NCBI GenBank assembly: GCA_964493695.1
Contig: CAZBPG010000003.1
Location: forward strand, 124 to 64,123
Direction of reading: 5' to 3'
DNA from: an uncultured Chitinophaga sp.
GTDB lineage: Bacteria; Bacteroidota; Bacteroidia; Chitinophagales; LD1
DNA length: 64,000 bases
The notes beneath the pieces are model-generated. The model saw nothing but the letters and a program-made list of their open reading frames with translations, was not told where the DNA came from and made no database searches. The position numbers were made by a program, and so were the translations under genes. Positions 18,240 through 27,741 of this stretch are shown here, in pieces; the first letter of the stretch is position 1, and each line of letters begins with the position of its first letter.

Positions 18240-21020
18240 TTACTCAAACGCTCTTTTCAAAATCACCTCCTGCTCCTGCAAATGTACTTTCTTAAATCCC
18301 GTGGCCGGTGAAGCAGAATTCTTACGCGCTATACCGCGAATAGTAAGTTTATCGTTAAAGCGTGCATGAATAAAATACCAGGCACCCATGTTCTCCGGTT
18401 CTTCCTGCACCCACCATACTTCTGCTTTCGGATGCTTTTTGGTCAGCTCAATCATTTTGTCCTGTGGTACCGGATAGAGTTGCTCTACCCTTGCAATCAC
18501 CACATCGGTAATGTTATCGCGCTCTTTCCTTTCCAGCAGGTCGTAGTAAATTTTACCGGTGCAGAACAATATTTTGCGGGCCTGACTGCCGTTAGGCATG
18601 TCCTTGCCTTTCACCTCATCCACCAGCAACTCTTCAAAACTTCCTTTCAAAATATTCTCGATAGGCGAAACGCATTTAGGATGGCGCAGCAAACTCTTCG
18701 GGCTCATCACTATCAATGGTTTGCGGAAATTCCAGTGCATTTGCCTGCGAATGGCATGGAAGAAATTAGCAGGGTCAGAAATATTCACCACCACCATATT
18801 CATTTCGGCACACTGTTGTAAAAATCTTTCCAGCCGGGCGGAAGAGTGTTCCGGTCCTTGCCCCTCATAACCATGCGGCAAAAGCATCATTAATCCCGAC
18901 TGACGCTGCCATTTACTTTCACCCGATGAAATAAACTGGTCAATAATTATTTGAGCGCCATTCGTAAAATCGCCAAACTGCGCTTCCCAAATTACCAGCG
19001 ACTCCGGACTGGGCAACGAGTAACCATATTCAAAACCTAACACACCGTATTCACTCAAATGCGAATTGTAAACAAAAAACCTTCCCTGCTTTTTAGCCAG
19101 GTTACACAACCGGCAATACTCCTTGTCCGTATTCTCATCCGTAATTACCGCATGGCGGTGAGTAAACGTTCCGCGCTTCACATCTTCACCGGACAAGCGA
19201 ATATCTTTCCCTTCCAGCAAAATAGAACCGTACGCCATCAACTCGGCAGCCGCCCAGTCCAGCTTTTTTTCCTCCAGCGAAAGACGCTTTCTTTCCTCCA
19301 GATACTTCTGCACTTTTTTGAGCGGCACAAAACCATCCGGTACTTTATTCAATCCCTGCGTAAGAACTTCTGCCGTTTCTTTCGACACAAAAGTTTCGGG
19401 CGATTTCTTGAAATCATCAATCGTTGCCTTGCCTAATTTCTCCCACGCAATTTCAGTTGGCTGTGGTTTATAGGGCAACGGATGTTGTTTCACCGAATCT
19501 AAACGCGCCTGCAGTTCTTCCCAAAACTCCTTCTCCATTTTCTTCGCCAGTTCTGCCGTTACTGCTCCCTCTGCTTCTAATTGTTTTATATAAAGGTCGC
19601 GCGGGTTAGTGTGCTTTTCAATCAACTTATACATCACCGGTTGAGTAAACTTCGGGTCATCGCTTTCGTTATGTCCCCATCTGCGATAACACACCATATC
19701 AATAAAAATATCCTTGTTGAATTGCTGACGGTATTCAGCCGCCATTTCGCAGGCAAACACCACTGCTTCAATGTCATCGCCATTCACATGCAGTACCGGT
19801 GCTTCGATAGTAGCGGCAATAGAAGTAGAATAATCTGAAGAACGCGCTTCATCAAAATCGGTAGTAAAACCTATCTGGTTATTGATAACAAAATGAATAG
19901 TACCGCCCGAATAGTAACCATCGAGTTTTGCCATCTGCAACACTTCGTAAACAATTCCTTGTCCTGCCACAGCCGCATCACCGTGAATCAGCAACGGAAG
20001 AATTTTGTTGTAATCAGACTTATAAATAGCATCAGCTTTTGCACGTGCAAAACCGGTAACTATCGGATTCACCGCTTCCAGATGCGAAGGGTTTGGCATC
20101 AGTTTCAGGTAAACATCTTTACCCCCTTCCACCGGATACTGCGAAGAAAAACCCAGGTGATACTTTACATCGCCATCGCCCATGGTTACATCGGCCTGCA
20201 CATTTCCTTCAAACTCATTGAAAATTTCTTCATAAGTTTTACTCATGATGTTCGCCAGTACATTCAACCTTCCGCGGTGCGCCATGCCAATTACCACTTC
20301 CTCTACCCCCATTGCAGCTGCTGTTTGAATAATAGCATCCAAAGCCGGTATAGCCGTTTCGCCACCCTCCAGCGAAAACCTTTTTTCGCCAACATACTTG
20401 GTGCCGAGAAATTTCTCGAACGAAACCGCCCTGTTCAATTTGCGCAGAATACGCTCCTTCTTTTCTAAAGAGAATTGAAACAACGAAGAGTTGTCTTTCC
20501 CTTCTCCTTTAGGAGAATCCCGATGGCTATCGGGACGAAGGGCGGATGAGGCTTCCGTTCTGCTCCTGAAAAAATCTATTTCATCTTTCAGCCTTACGTA
20601 ACCGGTTTCAAACCCAATGCTTCCGCAGTAAATCTTTTTAAGTTTCGCCAGAATTTCATTCAATGAAGAATCCGGCAACTCGATTTCGCTTCCAATCGAA
20701 AACCTTCTCTCCAAATCTTTTTCACTCAAACCAAAACTCTCCAACTCTAAATTGGCATGGCGGTTTTTGCGGGGTTTTATAGGATTGGTACGGGCAATTA
20801 AATGTCCCTTATTGCGGTAAGCAATAATCAGGTTGTAAACCTTAAACTCATCAGCCGAAAACGAAGACTTTTTTCCGTTGTAATTCAGCGTAGCGAAATC
20901 AAATCCCTCAAAGAATTTTTTGAAGTCTGGGTCAACAGAAGCAGGGTTTTTCCTGAAATCGTTATACAGGTTTTCAAGAAATTCGGGGGTGGCATTGGTC
21001 AAAAAAGAGTAATTATCCAT
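18240..21020 (-). CDS. sucA: 2-oxoglutarate dehydrogenase E1
   Basis: KRFSLEG, GMAHRGRLN, NPSHLE, HGDAA, WEAQFGDF and HGYEGQGPEHSSARLER motifs. Confidence 0.98.
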   Translation of the reverse strand: MDNYSFLTNATPEFLENLYNDFRKNPASVDPDFKKFFEGFDFATLNYNGKKSSFSADEFKVYNLIIAYRNKGHLIARTNPIKPRKNRHANLELESFGLSEKDLERRFSIGSEIELPDSSLNEILAKLKKIYCGSIGFETGYVRLKDEIDFFRSRTEASSALRPDSHRDSPKGEGKDNSSLFQFSLEKKERILRKLNRAVSFEKFLGTKYVGEKRFSLEGGETAIPALDAIIQTAAAMGVEEVVIGMAHRGRLNVLANIMSKTYEEIFNEFEGNVQADVTMGDGDVKYHLGFSSQYPVEGGKDVYLKLMPNPSHLEAVNPIVTGFARAKADAIYKSDYNKILPLLIHGDAAVAGQGIVYEVLQMAKLDGYYSGGTIHFVINNQIGFTTDFDEARSSDYSTSIAATIEAPVLHVNGDDIEAVVFACEMAAEYRQQFNKDIFIDMVCYRRWGHNESDDPKFTQPVMYKLIEKHTNPRDLYIKQLEAEGAVTAELAKKMEKEFWEELQARLDSVKQHPLPYKPQPTEIAWEKLGKATIDDFKKSPETFVSKETAEVLTQGLNKVPDGFVPLKKVQKYLEERKRLSLEEKKLDWAAAELMAYGSILLEGKDIRLSGEDVKRGTFTHRHAVITDENTDKEYCRLCNLAKKQGRFFVYNSHLSEYGVLGFEYGYSLPSPESLVIWEAQFGDFTNGAQIIIDQFISSGESKWQRQSGLMMLLPHGYEGQGPEHSSARLERFLQQCAEMNMVVVNISDPANFFHAIRRQMHWNFRKPLIVMSPKSLLRHPKCVSPIENILKGSFEELLVDEVKGKDMPNGSQARKILFCTGKIYYDLLERKERDNITDVVIARVEQLYPVPQDKMIELTKKHPKAEVWWVQEEPENMGAWYFIHARFNDKLTIRGIARKNSASPATGFKKVHLQEQEVILKRAFE
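20500..20551. repeat. Composite REP-like element inside sucA
   Basis: The 8887/46600 family element, with its central GGTGCC replaced by the palindrome TCCCGATGGCTATCGGGA. Confidence 0.9.
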
Positions 21021-21042
21021 TATATCGCTGAAAATTGGAGCG

Positions 21043-21090
21043 CAAACCTAAGGAAAGTGTTTGGAAATTAAAGGGATGCGTATATATTTG
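21043..21090. promoter_or_regulatory. Divergent Bacteroidota housekeeping promoters for sucA (minus) and rpsT (plus)
   Basis: TAGGTTTG on the minus strand (21043..21050). On the plus strand, TTTG (21060..21063), 19 nt, then TATATTTG (21083..21090), matching the -33/-7 consensus. Confidence 0.75.
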
Positions 21091-21115
21091 CACTCCTTTT
21101 AAAAAAGAGATAACA

Positions 21116-21370
21116 ATGGCACATCACAAATCAGCGAAAAAGAGAATTCGTCAGACAGCAAAAAGAAGACTTGAAAACAGGTTTTATGCTAAAACCACGC
21201 GTAACCTGATTCGCGACTTACGTGCAGAGAAGAAACCTTCTGAAGCCAAGAAAGCTCTTCCGTTGGTTGCTGCCGCTATTGATAAACTGGCAAAACGCGG
21301 TTACATCCACGCTAACAAAGCAGCTAACCTTAAAAGCGGTTTGGCTAAGCGTGTAGCTGCAACAAAATAA
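21116..21370 (+). CDS. rpsT: 30S ribosomal protein S20
   Basis: MAHHKSAKKRIRQ...IHANKAANLKS. Confidence 0.98.
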   Translation: MAHHKSAKKRIRQTAKRRLENRFYAKTTRNLIRDLRAEKKPSEAKKALPLVAAAIDKLAKRGYIHANKAANLKSGLAKRVAATK

Positions 21371-21388
21371 TTTCTGAATAGAAAATAG

Positions 21389-21419
21389 AAAAAGGCATCC
21401 CGTCCAGGATGCCTTTTTT
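21389..21419 (+). terminator. Intrinsic terminator after rpsT
   Basis: AAAAAGGCATCC-CGTCCA-GGATGCCTTTTTT. Confidence 0.85.
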
Positions 21420-21429
21420 GTTTACCACA

Positions 21430-21462
21430 AACCCCGAAATGGTTTAGAACCCTTTCGGGGTT
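21430..21462. repeat. REP-like palindrome, copy 2 of the 7730 family
   Basis: AACCCCGAAATGGTT-TAG-AACCCTTTCGGGGTT (one mismatch). Confidence 0.9.
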
Positions 21463-21511
21463 CTGCTTACTTGCAACTTTGACTTCTAAAACCATATCTT
21501 CATTTCTCTAA

Positions 21512-22924
21512 ATGGCAAGTATGAAAAAATGTTTCCTCTTTTCAGTTCTCAGTTTATCCGCCTTCTTTATTTACGCCCAAAACAATGTAGGCATAGGAAC
21601 TCCCACACCCGATGCTTCTTCTATTCTTGAACTGAATTCAAACACCAAAGGTTTCCTTGCCCCACGCATGACTACTGCCGAGCGTCTGGCTATTGGCGCT
21701 CCGGCTACCGGTTTGCTGGTTTATGATACTTCCCTTGGCTGCTACTTCTATTATAATGGTGCATGGACATCGCTCTGTCAGTCATCTCCGGTTTGTAACA
21801 CCGCTGCTGCCGGAAACATTGCCATGTTCGCCTCTCCCGCTACTGTTTGCAACTCCGTTTTATTTCAAAGCGGAAACAATATTGGGTTAAATACCACTAC
21901 ACCGGTTCTTTCCTTTCAGGTAAATGCTACCGATGCTATCGGCCTTCCAAGCGGTACAACAGCCCAGCAACCTGTCGGTGCTCCGGTTGGCTCTATCCGT
22001 TACAATACAACGTTGGGCGCTGCCGAAGTTTACACCGGTACCTGTTGGCAGAATGTAAATACCCCGCCCATCGGCTCTACTTATGTTCAATGGTTTAACG
22101 CAGCTGACCCTAATACTATTTACCCGTGTACCCAATGGATAGGCTCGGATATAGCCAACGGTGAGTTTATCCGCGCCCGTGGCGGGGCATCGAATGTGGC
22201 AGCCGGTGGTGCATTGACCGGTACCCTTCAAAGCCATGCTGTCGAAGACCATACACATACCATCGCAGGTATCATTAACGGTTCGGGTGCGCTCACCACC
22301 TCGAGCGATGGAGCGCACACCCATAACTGGGGAGGTAACTGGAGCAATGATGACTCCCGCGATTATACAGCCGCTGCCGGTAATGGCGATGGCAACGGAA
22401 ATACGCTGAGCGACAACTCCTTTTGGTGGGGAGGAAACCCCGGCACTACCGGTAATGCCAACCAGGAATTTGCCGTGCGCACTTCTACAACTAACGGTAA
22501 CCACAGCCACACCGGTGCCACTTCAGGAGCAGTAACCAATAACCCCAATACCTGGATACCTTATGATGATAACCTGTCCAGTGATGCCAGCAACCTTTCT
22601 ATGGGCGATAACCCCACTACCTGTGGTAGCGGTTGGGACGGAAGGCATACAGCAGGAAATTTTATGGGACGATTAAGTGACGGCTGCATGGGGCATGTGC
22701 ATAACATTACTGCCGATGGCAACCACTCACACACAGTTGATTTTTATGCCCACCGTCATTTTATAAAAATGCGCGCAACTACTCTAGATGGTGCACACAC
22801 TCATACCCTTGCAGACCATACGCATACCTTTAACCTGAACGTGGGGAGTATGAACAGCGGAACATCAGGCACCGAAACCCGCCCCGATAATGTGGCAGTG
22901 GTATTTTGGAGAAGGGTGAATTGA
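21512..22924 (+). CDS. Secreted protein with phage tail-fibre/baseplate-like domains and eight HxH motifs
   Basis: Signal peptide, then an NVGIGTPTP...GFLAPRMTT module, PIGSTY...DPN...FIRA, eight HxH motifs and a terminal ETRPDNVAVVFWRRV. Confidence 0.75.
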   Translation: MASMKKCFLFSVLSLSAFFIYAQNNVGIGTPTPDASSILELNSNTKGFLAPRMTTAERLAIGAPATGLLVYDTSLGCYFYYNGAWTSLCQSSPVCNTAAAGNIAMFASPATVCNSVLFQSGNNIGLNTTTPVLSFQVNATDAIGLPSGTTAQQPVGAPVGSIRYNTTLGAAEVYTGTCWQNVNTPPIGSTYVQWFNAADPNTIYPCTQWIGSDIANGEFIRARGGASNVAAGGALTGTLQSHAVEDHTHTIAGIINGSGALTTSSDGAHTHNWGGNWSNDDSRDYTAAAGNGDGNGNTLSDNSFWWGGNPGTTGNANQEFAVRTSTTNGNHSHTGATSGAVTNNPNTWIPYDDNLSSDASNLSMGDNPTTCGSGWDGRHTAGNFMGRLSDGCMGHVHNITADGNHSHTVDFYAHRHFIKMRATTLDGAHTHTLADHTHTFNLNVGSMNSGTSGTETRPDNVAVVFWRRVN

Positions 22925-22937
22925 AAAAGCTCGGTAC

Positions 22938-23217
22938 TTTCGACATTCGTCTATTACCTCTGTAACTTCTACAGAGCCTTTGCACATTCGTCTAATACCT
23001 CTGTAACTTCTACAGACCCTTTCGACATTCGTCTATTGCCTCTGTAACTCCTACAGACCCTTTCGACATTCGTCCATTGCCTCTGTAACTTCTACAGACC
23101 CTTTCGACATTCGTCTATTGCCTCTGTAACTTCTACAGACCCTTTCGACATTCGTCCAATGCCTCTGTAACTCCTACAGACCCTTTGCACATTCGTCTAA
23201 TGCCTCTGTAACTCCTA
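22938..23217. repeat. 41-bp tandem array, about 6.8 units
   Basis: Consensus TTTCGACATTCGTCTATT-GCC-TCTGTAACTTCTACAGA-CCC; unit starts every 41 bp from 22938 to 23184. Confidence 0.95.
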
Positions 23218-23232
23218 GAGAATGTTAAAAAC

Positions 23233-23263
23233 AAAAAAGCCCTCCGAAAATCGGAGGGCTTTT
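23233..23263 (-). terminator. Intrinsic terminator of tuf, likely bidirectional
   Basis: AAAAGCCCTCCGA-AAA-TCGGAGGGCTTTT. Confidence 0.85.
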
Positions 23264-23296
23264 GTATTGTCTGACATCTAGTGTCTAACGATTGTC

Positions 23297-24493
23297 TTAT
23301 TTCACGATTTCAGTAACCTGACCGGCACCTACTGTTCTTCCACCTTCGCGGATAGCGAAGCGAAGACCTTTCTCCATCGCAATAGGATAGATAAGTTTTA
23401 CAGAAAGTGTTACGTTATCGCCAGGCATAACCATTTCTACACCTGCCGGCAAAGTAATTTCACCTGTTACATCAGTCGTACGGAAATAGAACTGAGGACG
23501 GTATTGGTTGAAGAATGGAGTGTGACGTCCGCCTTCTTCTTTACTCAATACGTAAGTTTCGCATTTAAACTCAGTGTGCGGAGTTACAGAACCCGGTTTT
23601 ACAACCACCATGCCTCTCTTAATCTGCTCTTTTTCAATACCACGGAGAAGAAGACCTACGTTATCGCCAGCCTCGCCTCTGTCAAGAATTTTACGGAACA
23701 TTTCCACACCGGTAACAGTTGAAGTCAAAGGTTTTTCACCTTCTTTCTGCAATCCGATTAATTCTACCGGGTCGTTAGAGTTAATAACACCCCTTTCGAT
23801 ACGTCCTGTAGCAACCGTTCCACGACCTGTAATAGAGAAAACATCTTCACATGGCATAAGGAAAGGAAGTTCAGTTGCACGCGGAGGAACGGGAATCCAG
23901 CTATCCACAGCAGCCATTAACTCATCAATTTTTTCCACCCATTTTGCTTCACCGTTCAATGCACCGAGAGCAGAACCCTGAATAATTGGAATGTTAGCAC
24001 CATCGAATTTATAGAAAGTCAACAGGTCGCGTATTTCCATTTCACCTAACTCCAGGAACTCAGGATCTTCAACCAAATCAACTTTATTCATAAATACCAC
24101 GATTTGAGGAACACCTACCTGACGGGCAAGAAGGATGTGTTCGCGTGTTTGCGGCATAGGACCATCAGTAGCAGCAACAACAAGGATAGCACCATCCATT
24201 TGGGCAGCACCTGTAACCATGTTCTTGATGTAATCCGCGTGACCCGGGCAGTCAACGTGTGCATAGTGACGGTTAGCAGTCGCATACTCAACGTGAGCTG
24301 TGTTAATGGTAATACCTCTTTCTTTTTCTTCAGGGGCATTATCAATTGAAGAATAGTCGCGCACCTCAGCGAGACCTTTCTTTGAAAGCACCGTTGTGAT
24401 AGCGGCAGTCAAAGTTGTTTTGCCGTGATCCACGTGTCCGATGGTTCCGATGTTCACATGCGGCTTGTCCTTAATGAATTTTTCTTTAGCCAT
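23297..24493 (-). CDS. tuf: Elongation factor Tu
   Basis: [21 protein letters not shown] and [10 protein letters not shown] motifs. Confidence 0.99.
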   Translation of the reverse strand: MAKEKFIKDKPHVNIGTIGHVDHGKTTLTAAITTVLSKKGLAEVRDYSSIDNAPEEKERGITINTAHVEYATANRHYAHVDCPGHADYIKNMVTGAAQMDGAILVVAATDGPMPQTREHILLARQVGVPQIVVFMNKVDLVEDPEFLELGEMEIRDLLTFYKFDGANIPIIQGSALGALNGEAKWVEKIDELMAAVDSWIPVPPRATELPFLMPCEDVFSITGRGTVATGRIERGVINSNDPVELIGLQKEGEKPLTSTVTGVEMFRKILDRGEAGDNVGLLLRGIEKEQIKRGMVVVKPGSVTPHTEFKCETYVLSKEEGGRHTPFFNQYRPQFYFRTTDVTGEITLPAGVEMVMPGDNVTLSVKLIYPIAMEKGLRFAIREGGRTVGAGQVTEIVK

Positions 24494-24575
24494 TGTTATT
24501 GTTTTTAATTGTTGTGTTTAAATATTTATTGAAAATCTTTGTTTACTGTTCTTTTACTACTACTTCAAATTTTAG

Positions 24576-24647
<72 letters not shown>

Positions 24648-24682
24648 TTGTTAAGGAAGTTCCCTTCCCTTACATTTAGTTG

Positions 24683-24755
24683 AGCGGGAGACGAGGCTCG
24701 AACCCGCGACCTACAGCTTGGAAGGCTGTCGCTCTACCAACTGAGCTACTCCCGC
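24683..24755 (-). tRNA. tRNA-Gly(TCC)
   Basis: GCGGGAG/CTCCCGC acceptor stem; anticodon arm ACAGC-CTTCCAA-GCTGT. Confidence 0.95.
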
Positions 24756-24840
24756 ATTACTAATTCAGAATTCGGAATTTTGAATTCGGAATTTAATTCA
24801 CCCTTCTGCATTCCGCATTCCGCATTCCGCATTTGCAAAG

Positions 24841-24923
24841 TGGGGAGATCAGGATTCGAACCTGAGAACTCGTGAGAGGACAGATTTACAGTCTGTTGTC
24901 GTTGGCCACTTGACTATCTCCCC
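24841..24923 (-). tRNA. tRNA-Tyr(GTA)
   Basis: GGGGAGA/TCTCCCC acceptor stem; anticodon arm ACAGA-CTGTAAA-TCTGT; long variable arm. Confidence 0.95.
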
Positions 24924-24952
24924 TTCTTATAAAGGTGAATTTTAAAAACCAG

Positions 24953-25025
24953 AGCCCGAGGATGGATTCGAACCTCCGACCTGCTGATTACAAATCAGCT
25001 GCTCTACCAACTGAGCTACTCGGGC
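24953..25025 (-). tRNA. tRNA-Thr(TGT)
   Basis: GCCCGAG/CTCGGGC acceptor stem; anticodon arm GCTGA-TTTGTAA-TCAGC. Completes the classical Thr-Tyr-Gly-Thr-tuf order. Confidence 0.95.
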
Positions 25026-25079
25026 AATTTTTTTTGGTACCAAAATGCAATGAACACACCCGTTCTTAAAAACGGAGCG

Positions 25080-25087
25080 CAAATCTA
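25080..25087 (-). promoter_or_regulatory. -7 promoter box of the tRNA-tuf operon
   Basis: TAGATTTG followed by CGCTCCGTT. The same TAnnTTTGCGCTCCGTT context precedes tRNA-Gln. Confidence 0.7.
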
Positions 25088-25153
25088 AACAGTTAATTGA
25101 ATTTTCAAAAAGTGAGAAAAGAATTTGAGAAAGGAATTTTTAGAGAGAGAAGC

Positions 25154-25191
25154 AGAAAAAAAGAAGCGGGAATTTTTGGTTCCCGCTTCTT
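25154..25191 (-). terminator. Intrinsic terminator of hpf
   Basis: AAGAAGCGGGAA-N7-TTCCCGCTTCTT, with an A-run on the plus strand. Confidence 0.8.
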
Positions 25192-25197
25192 ACTCTG

Positions 25198-25497
25198 TTA
25201 ATGCTCTTTTATTCTTTGTTTCTGCTTTTTAAGCTGACCGGCAATGGTATGAAGTGCAAGGTCAGTGCTTTCTTCAAATGATTTTGCTGTTTTGGTTACA
25301 AACAATGTTTTACCGGGAACGTGAACTTTAATCTCAACAATCTTGTCTTTCACATTCTGCTTCGATTCTAGTTTAAGAAACACCTCGGCTTCAATAATTC
25401 GGTCGAAGAAAGTTTCAAGCTTTGTCAGTTTTTTGTTTATAAAATCTACAAGCTGAGCGGATGCATCAAAATGCACCGGATGGATTACCACATTCAT
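25198..25497 (-). CDS. hpf: Ribosome hibernation factor (HPF/RaiA)
   Basis: HFDASAQLVDFINKKLTKL...VHVPGKTL...SFEESTD. Confidence 0.92.
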   Translation of the reverse strand: MNVVIHPVHFDASAQLVDFINKKLTKLETFFDRIIEAEVFLKLESKQNVKDKIVEIKVHVPGKTLFVTKTAKSFEESTDLALHTIAGQLKKQKQRIKEH

Positions 25498-25660
25498 AAA
25501 GAACTGTTTTAAAAGGTTAGAAAAATCGATTCCTGTGACTAAATAACGAAATAGTTATCGGAATCTTGTATAATTCTTACGAAATATTTTGAGGAAAGGT
25601 TAGCCGTAAAAAACAAACTGGCCTTTAAGTCATTTCTATTCTGAATTTTATTAAAGTTCC

Positions 25661-27727
25661 CTAAAATGATAAAAGCTCCTCCATTGCCATCCTCACTTTC
25701 TCTGCATTTGGCAGCATGGCTTTCTCTAAATTCCCGTTGAGCGGAATAGCAGGTGTATTAACTGAGCCAATTATTTTTATCGGAGCATCTAAATCGCGAA
25801 AACACTCAGCAGATATTCTTCCGGCAAGTGCTTCGGCAAAAGAATGAGTGATGGTTTCTTCGGTAAGCACTAAAACTTTTCCGTGCTTCTTTACAGAAGT
25901 GTAGATAGCTTCTTCATCAAGCGGATTCAATGTTCGCAAATCAACCACCTCAATCTGCTGCTCAAAATTCTTTGCTGCATTTATTGCCCAGTAAACTCCC
26001 ATACCGTAAGTAATTACTGTAAGTGATTCACCATTTTCAATTTTTTCTTCGCTTGCTTCCAAGGCAATTCGTGCTTTACCAAGAGGTACAACATAATCCT
26101 CATCCGGCTCGATTGTTTTGGCGAGTTCGGTTCCTTTTACCTTACTCCAGTAAAGCCCCTTGTGTTCCAACATCACCACCGGGTTTGGGTCATAGAAAGC
26201 CGCTTTCAGCAACCCTTTCATATCAGCTGCATTGCTCGGATAACAAACCTTTACTCCTTTTATCTGCAGCACAAAACTTTCTACAGAGGATGAATGATAG
26301 GGACCTCCGCTGCCATAGGCACCAATCGGAATACGGATTAATGTTTGCACCGGAAACTTACCGTTTGTCAAATAGCAGGAGCGGGAAACTTCAGTAAACA
26401 ACTGGTTCACTCCGGGGAAAACATAATCAGCAAACTGCACCTCCACTATCGGCTTACAACCGGCAGCGCTCATGCCCACCGTTGAACCAATAATGTATGC
26501 CTCCATAATAGGCGTGTTAAACACACGCTTATCTCCATATTTTTTTGACAGCAGAGCAGCTTCACGAAACACACCACCGAGTTCTCCTCCCACATCCTGA
26601 CCATACAATAAAGCTTCGGGATGTTTTTTTAAAATTTCATCTACTGCATGAAGTGCAGCATCTACCATAATAATCGGTTCAGCGTTGGCAGGGCTGCGTT
26701 CTCCCGTTTCTTCAATAACCGATGTTGGTACAAAAATATGTGTGGTCAAATCTTCTTCCGTAGGGAAAGGTTCAAGAACAGCACGCTCAAAATCTTCCTT
26801 TACCAATTGCTTTGCCTGTTCTTCAATTTCGGTCAACTCAAGTGGTGAACAAATTTTTTCGTAAAGCAAATGCTTCTTTAATTTTTTGAATGGGTCGCGC
26901 ATAGCATCACTCTCTAGGTTTTCTTCAGGGCGATACCATTCTTTTCTTACTCCGCTCGTATGATGATTCAACAAAGGAACTTTTGCGTGAACCAAATAAG
27001 GTGCGCGATGCGTACGCACATAATTCACCACACGGCTCATGGTTTCGAAACATTCCTCGAAATCGGATCCGTCAATACTTTCCACTTTCAATCCTTTAAA
27101 CCCTTTGGCGTAATCCGATGCATCCTGCGCGCGCACTTCAGTTGAATAAGCAGAAATATCCCACTCATTATCCTGCACTAGGTAAATAATAGGATAGTTG
27201 TGCAGCACAGCCATTTGAAAGGCTTCGCTCACTTCACCTTCGGTAATAGCACCATCACCAAGCGAACAAATCACCAGGGGCTCTTCTCCTTTTTTAAAAC
27301 CGGTTAAGGCTTGTTGCTCTTTGTATTGCAAGCCCTGTGCGGTACCGGTGGCGGGAATTACCTGCATGCCGGTGGCAGAACTCTGGTGAGGAATTTTAGG
27401 GAGGTCTTCGCGATTTGAACTCGGATGCGAATAATATGTTCTTCCACCGCTGAAATAGTCGGTCTTCTTTGCCAGCAACTGCAACATTAAATCAAACGGA
27501 GTGAATCCCATTCCCAGCAACATCGAATCATCTCGGTAATAAGGAAAAACAAAATCCTGTGGCTTTAGCTGAAATGCGGCTGCGAGTTGAATTGCTTCGT
27601 GCCCGCGGGATGTAGCATGAACATATTTGGAGGTAACATCTTTGCGCTCCTCATACAGTTCTGTCATTGCTTTCGCGGTTGACATTAACCTAAACGCATT
27701 GAGAAGAATTTCGTTGGAAGGTTTCAT
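25661..27727 (-). CDS. 2-oxoacid (2-oxoisovalerate-like) dehydrogenase E1, alpha/beta fusion
   Basis: TPP motif GDGAITEGE, YGQDV, FNTPIME, VEVQFADY and EVVDLRTLNPLD. Confidence 0.9.
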   Translation of the reverse strand: MKPSNEILLNAFRLMSTAKAMTELYEERKDVTSKYVHATSRGHEAIQLAAAFQLKPQDFVFPYYRDDSMLLGMGFTPFDLMLQLLAKKTDYFSGGRTYYSHPSSNREDLPKIPHQSSATGMQVIPATGTAQGLQYKEQQALTGFKKGEEPLVICSLGDGAITEGEVSEAFQMAVLHNYPIIYLVQDNEWDISAYSTEVRAQDASDYAKGFKGLKVESIDGSDFEECFETMSRVVNYVRTHRAPYLVHAKVPLLNHHTSGVRKEWYRPEENLESDAMRDPFKKLKKHLLYEKICSPLELTEIEEQAKQLVKEDFERAVLEPFPTEEDLTTHIFVPTSVIEETGERSPANAEPIIMVDAALHAVDEILKKHPEALLYGQDVGGELGGVFREAALLSKKYGDKRVFNTPIMEAYIIGSTVGMSAAGCKPIVEVQFADYVFPGVNQLFTEVSRSCYLTNGKFPVQTLIRIPIGAYGSGGPYHSSSVESFVLQIKGVKVCYPSNAADMKGLLKAAFYDPNPVVMLEHKGLYWSKVKGTELAKTIEPDEDYVVPLGKARIALEASEEKIENGESLTVITYGMGVYWAINAAKNFEQQIEVVDLRTLNPLDEEAIYTSVKKHGKVLVLTEETITHSFAEALAGRISAECFRDLDAPIKIIGSVNTPAIPLNGNLEKAMLPNAEKVRMAMEELLSF

Positions 27728-27741
27728 CCACTACAAAGAAA

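Noticed and set aside
21512-22924. Prophage or tailocin
   Set aside because: The single fibre-like gene has a signal peptide, and no other structural, lysis or integrase genes lie nearby.
22938-23217. CRISPR array
   Set aside because: Units are contiguous and nearly identical, with no unique spacers; no cas genes are in the window.
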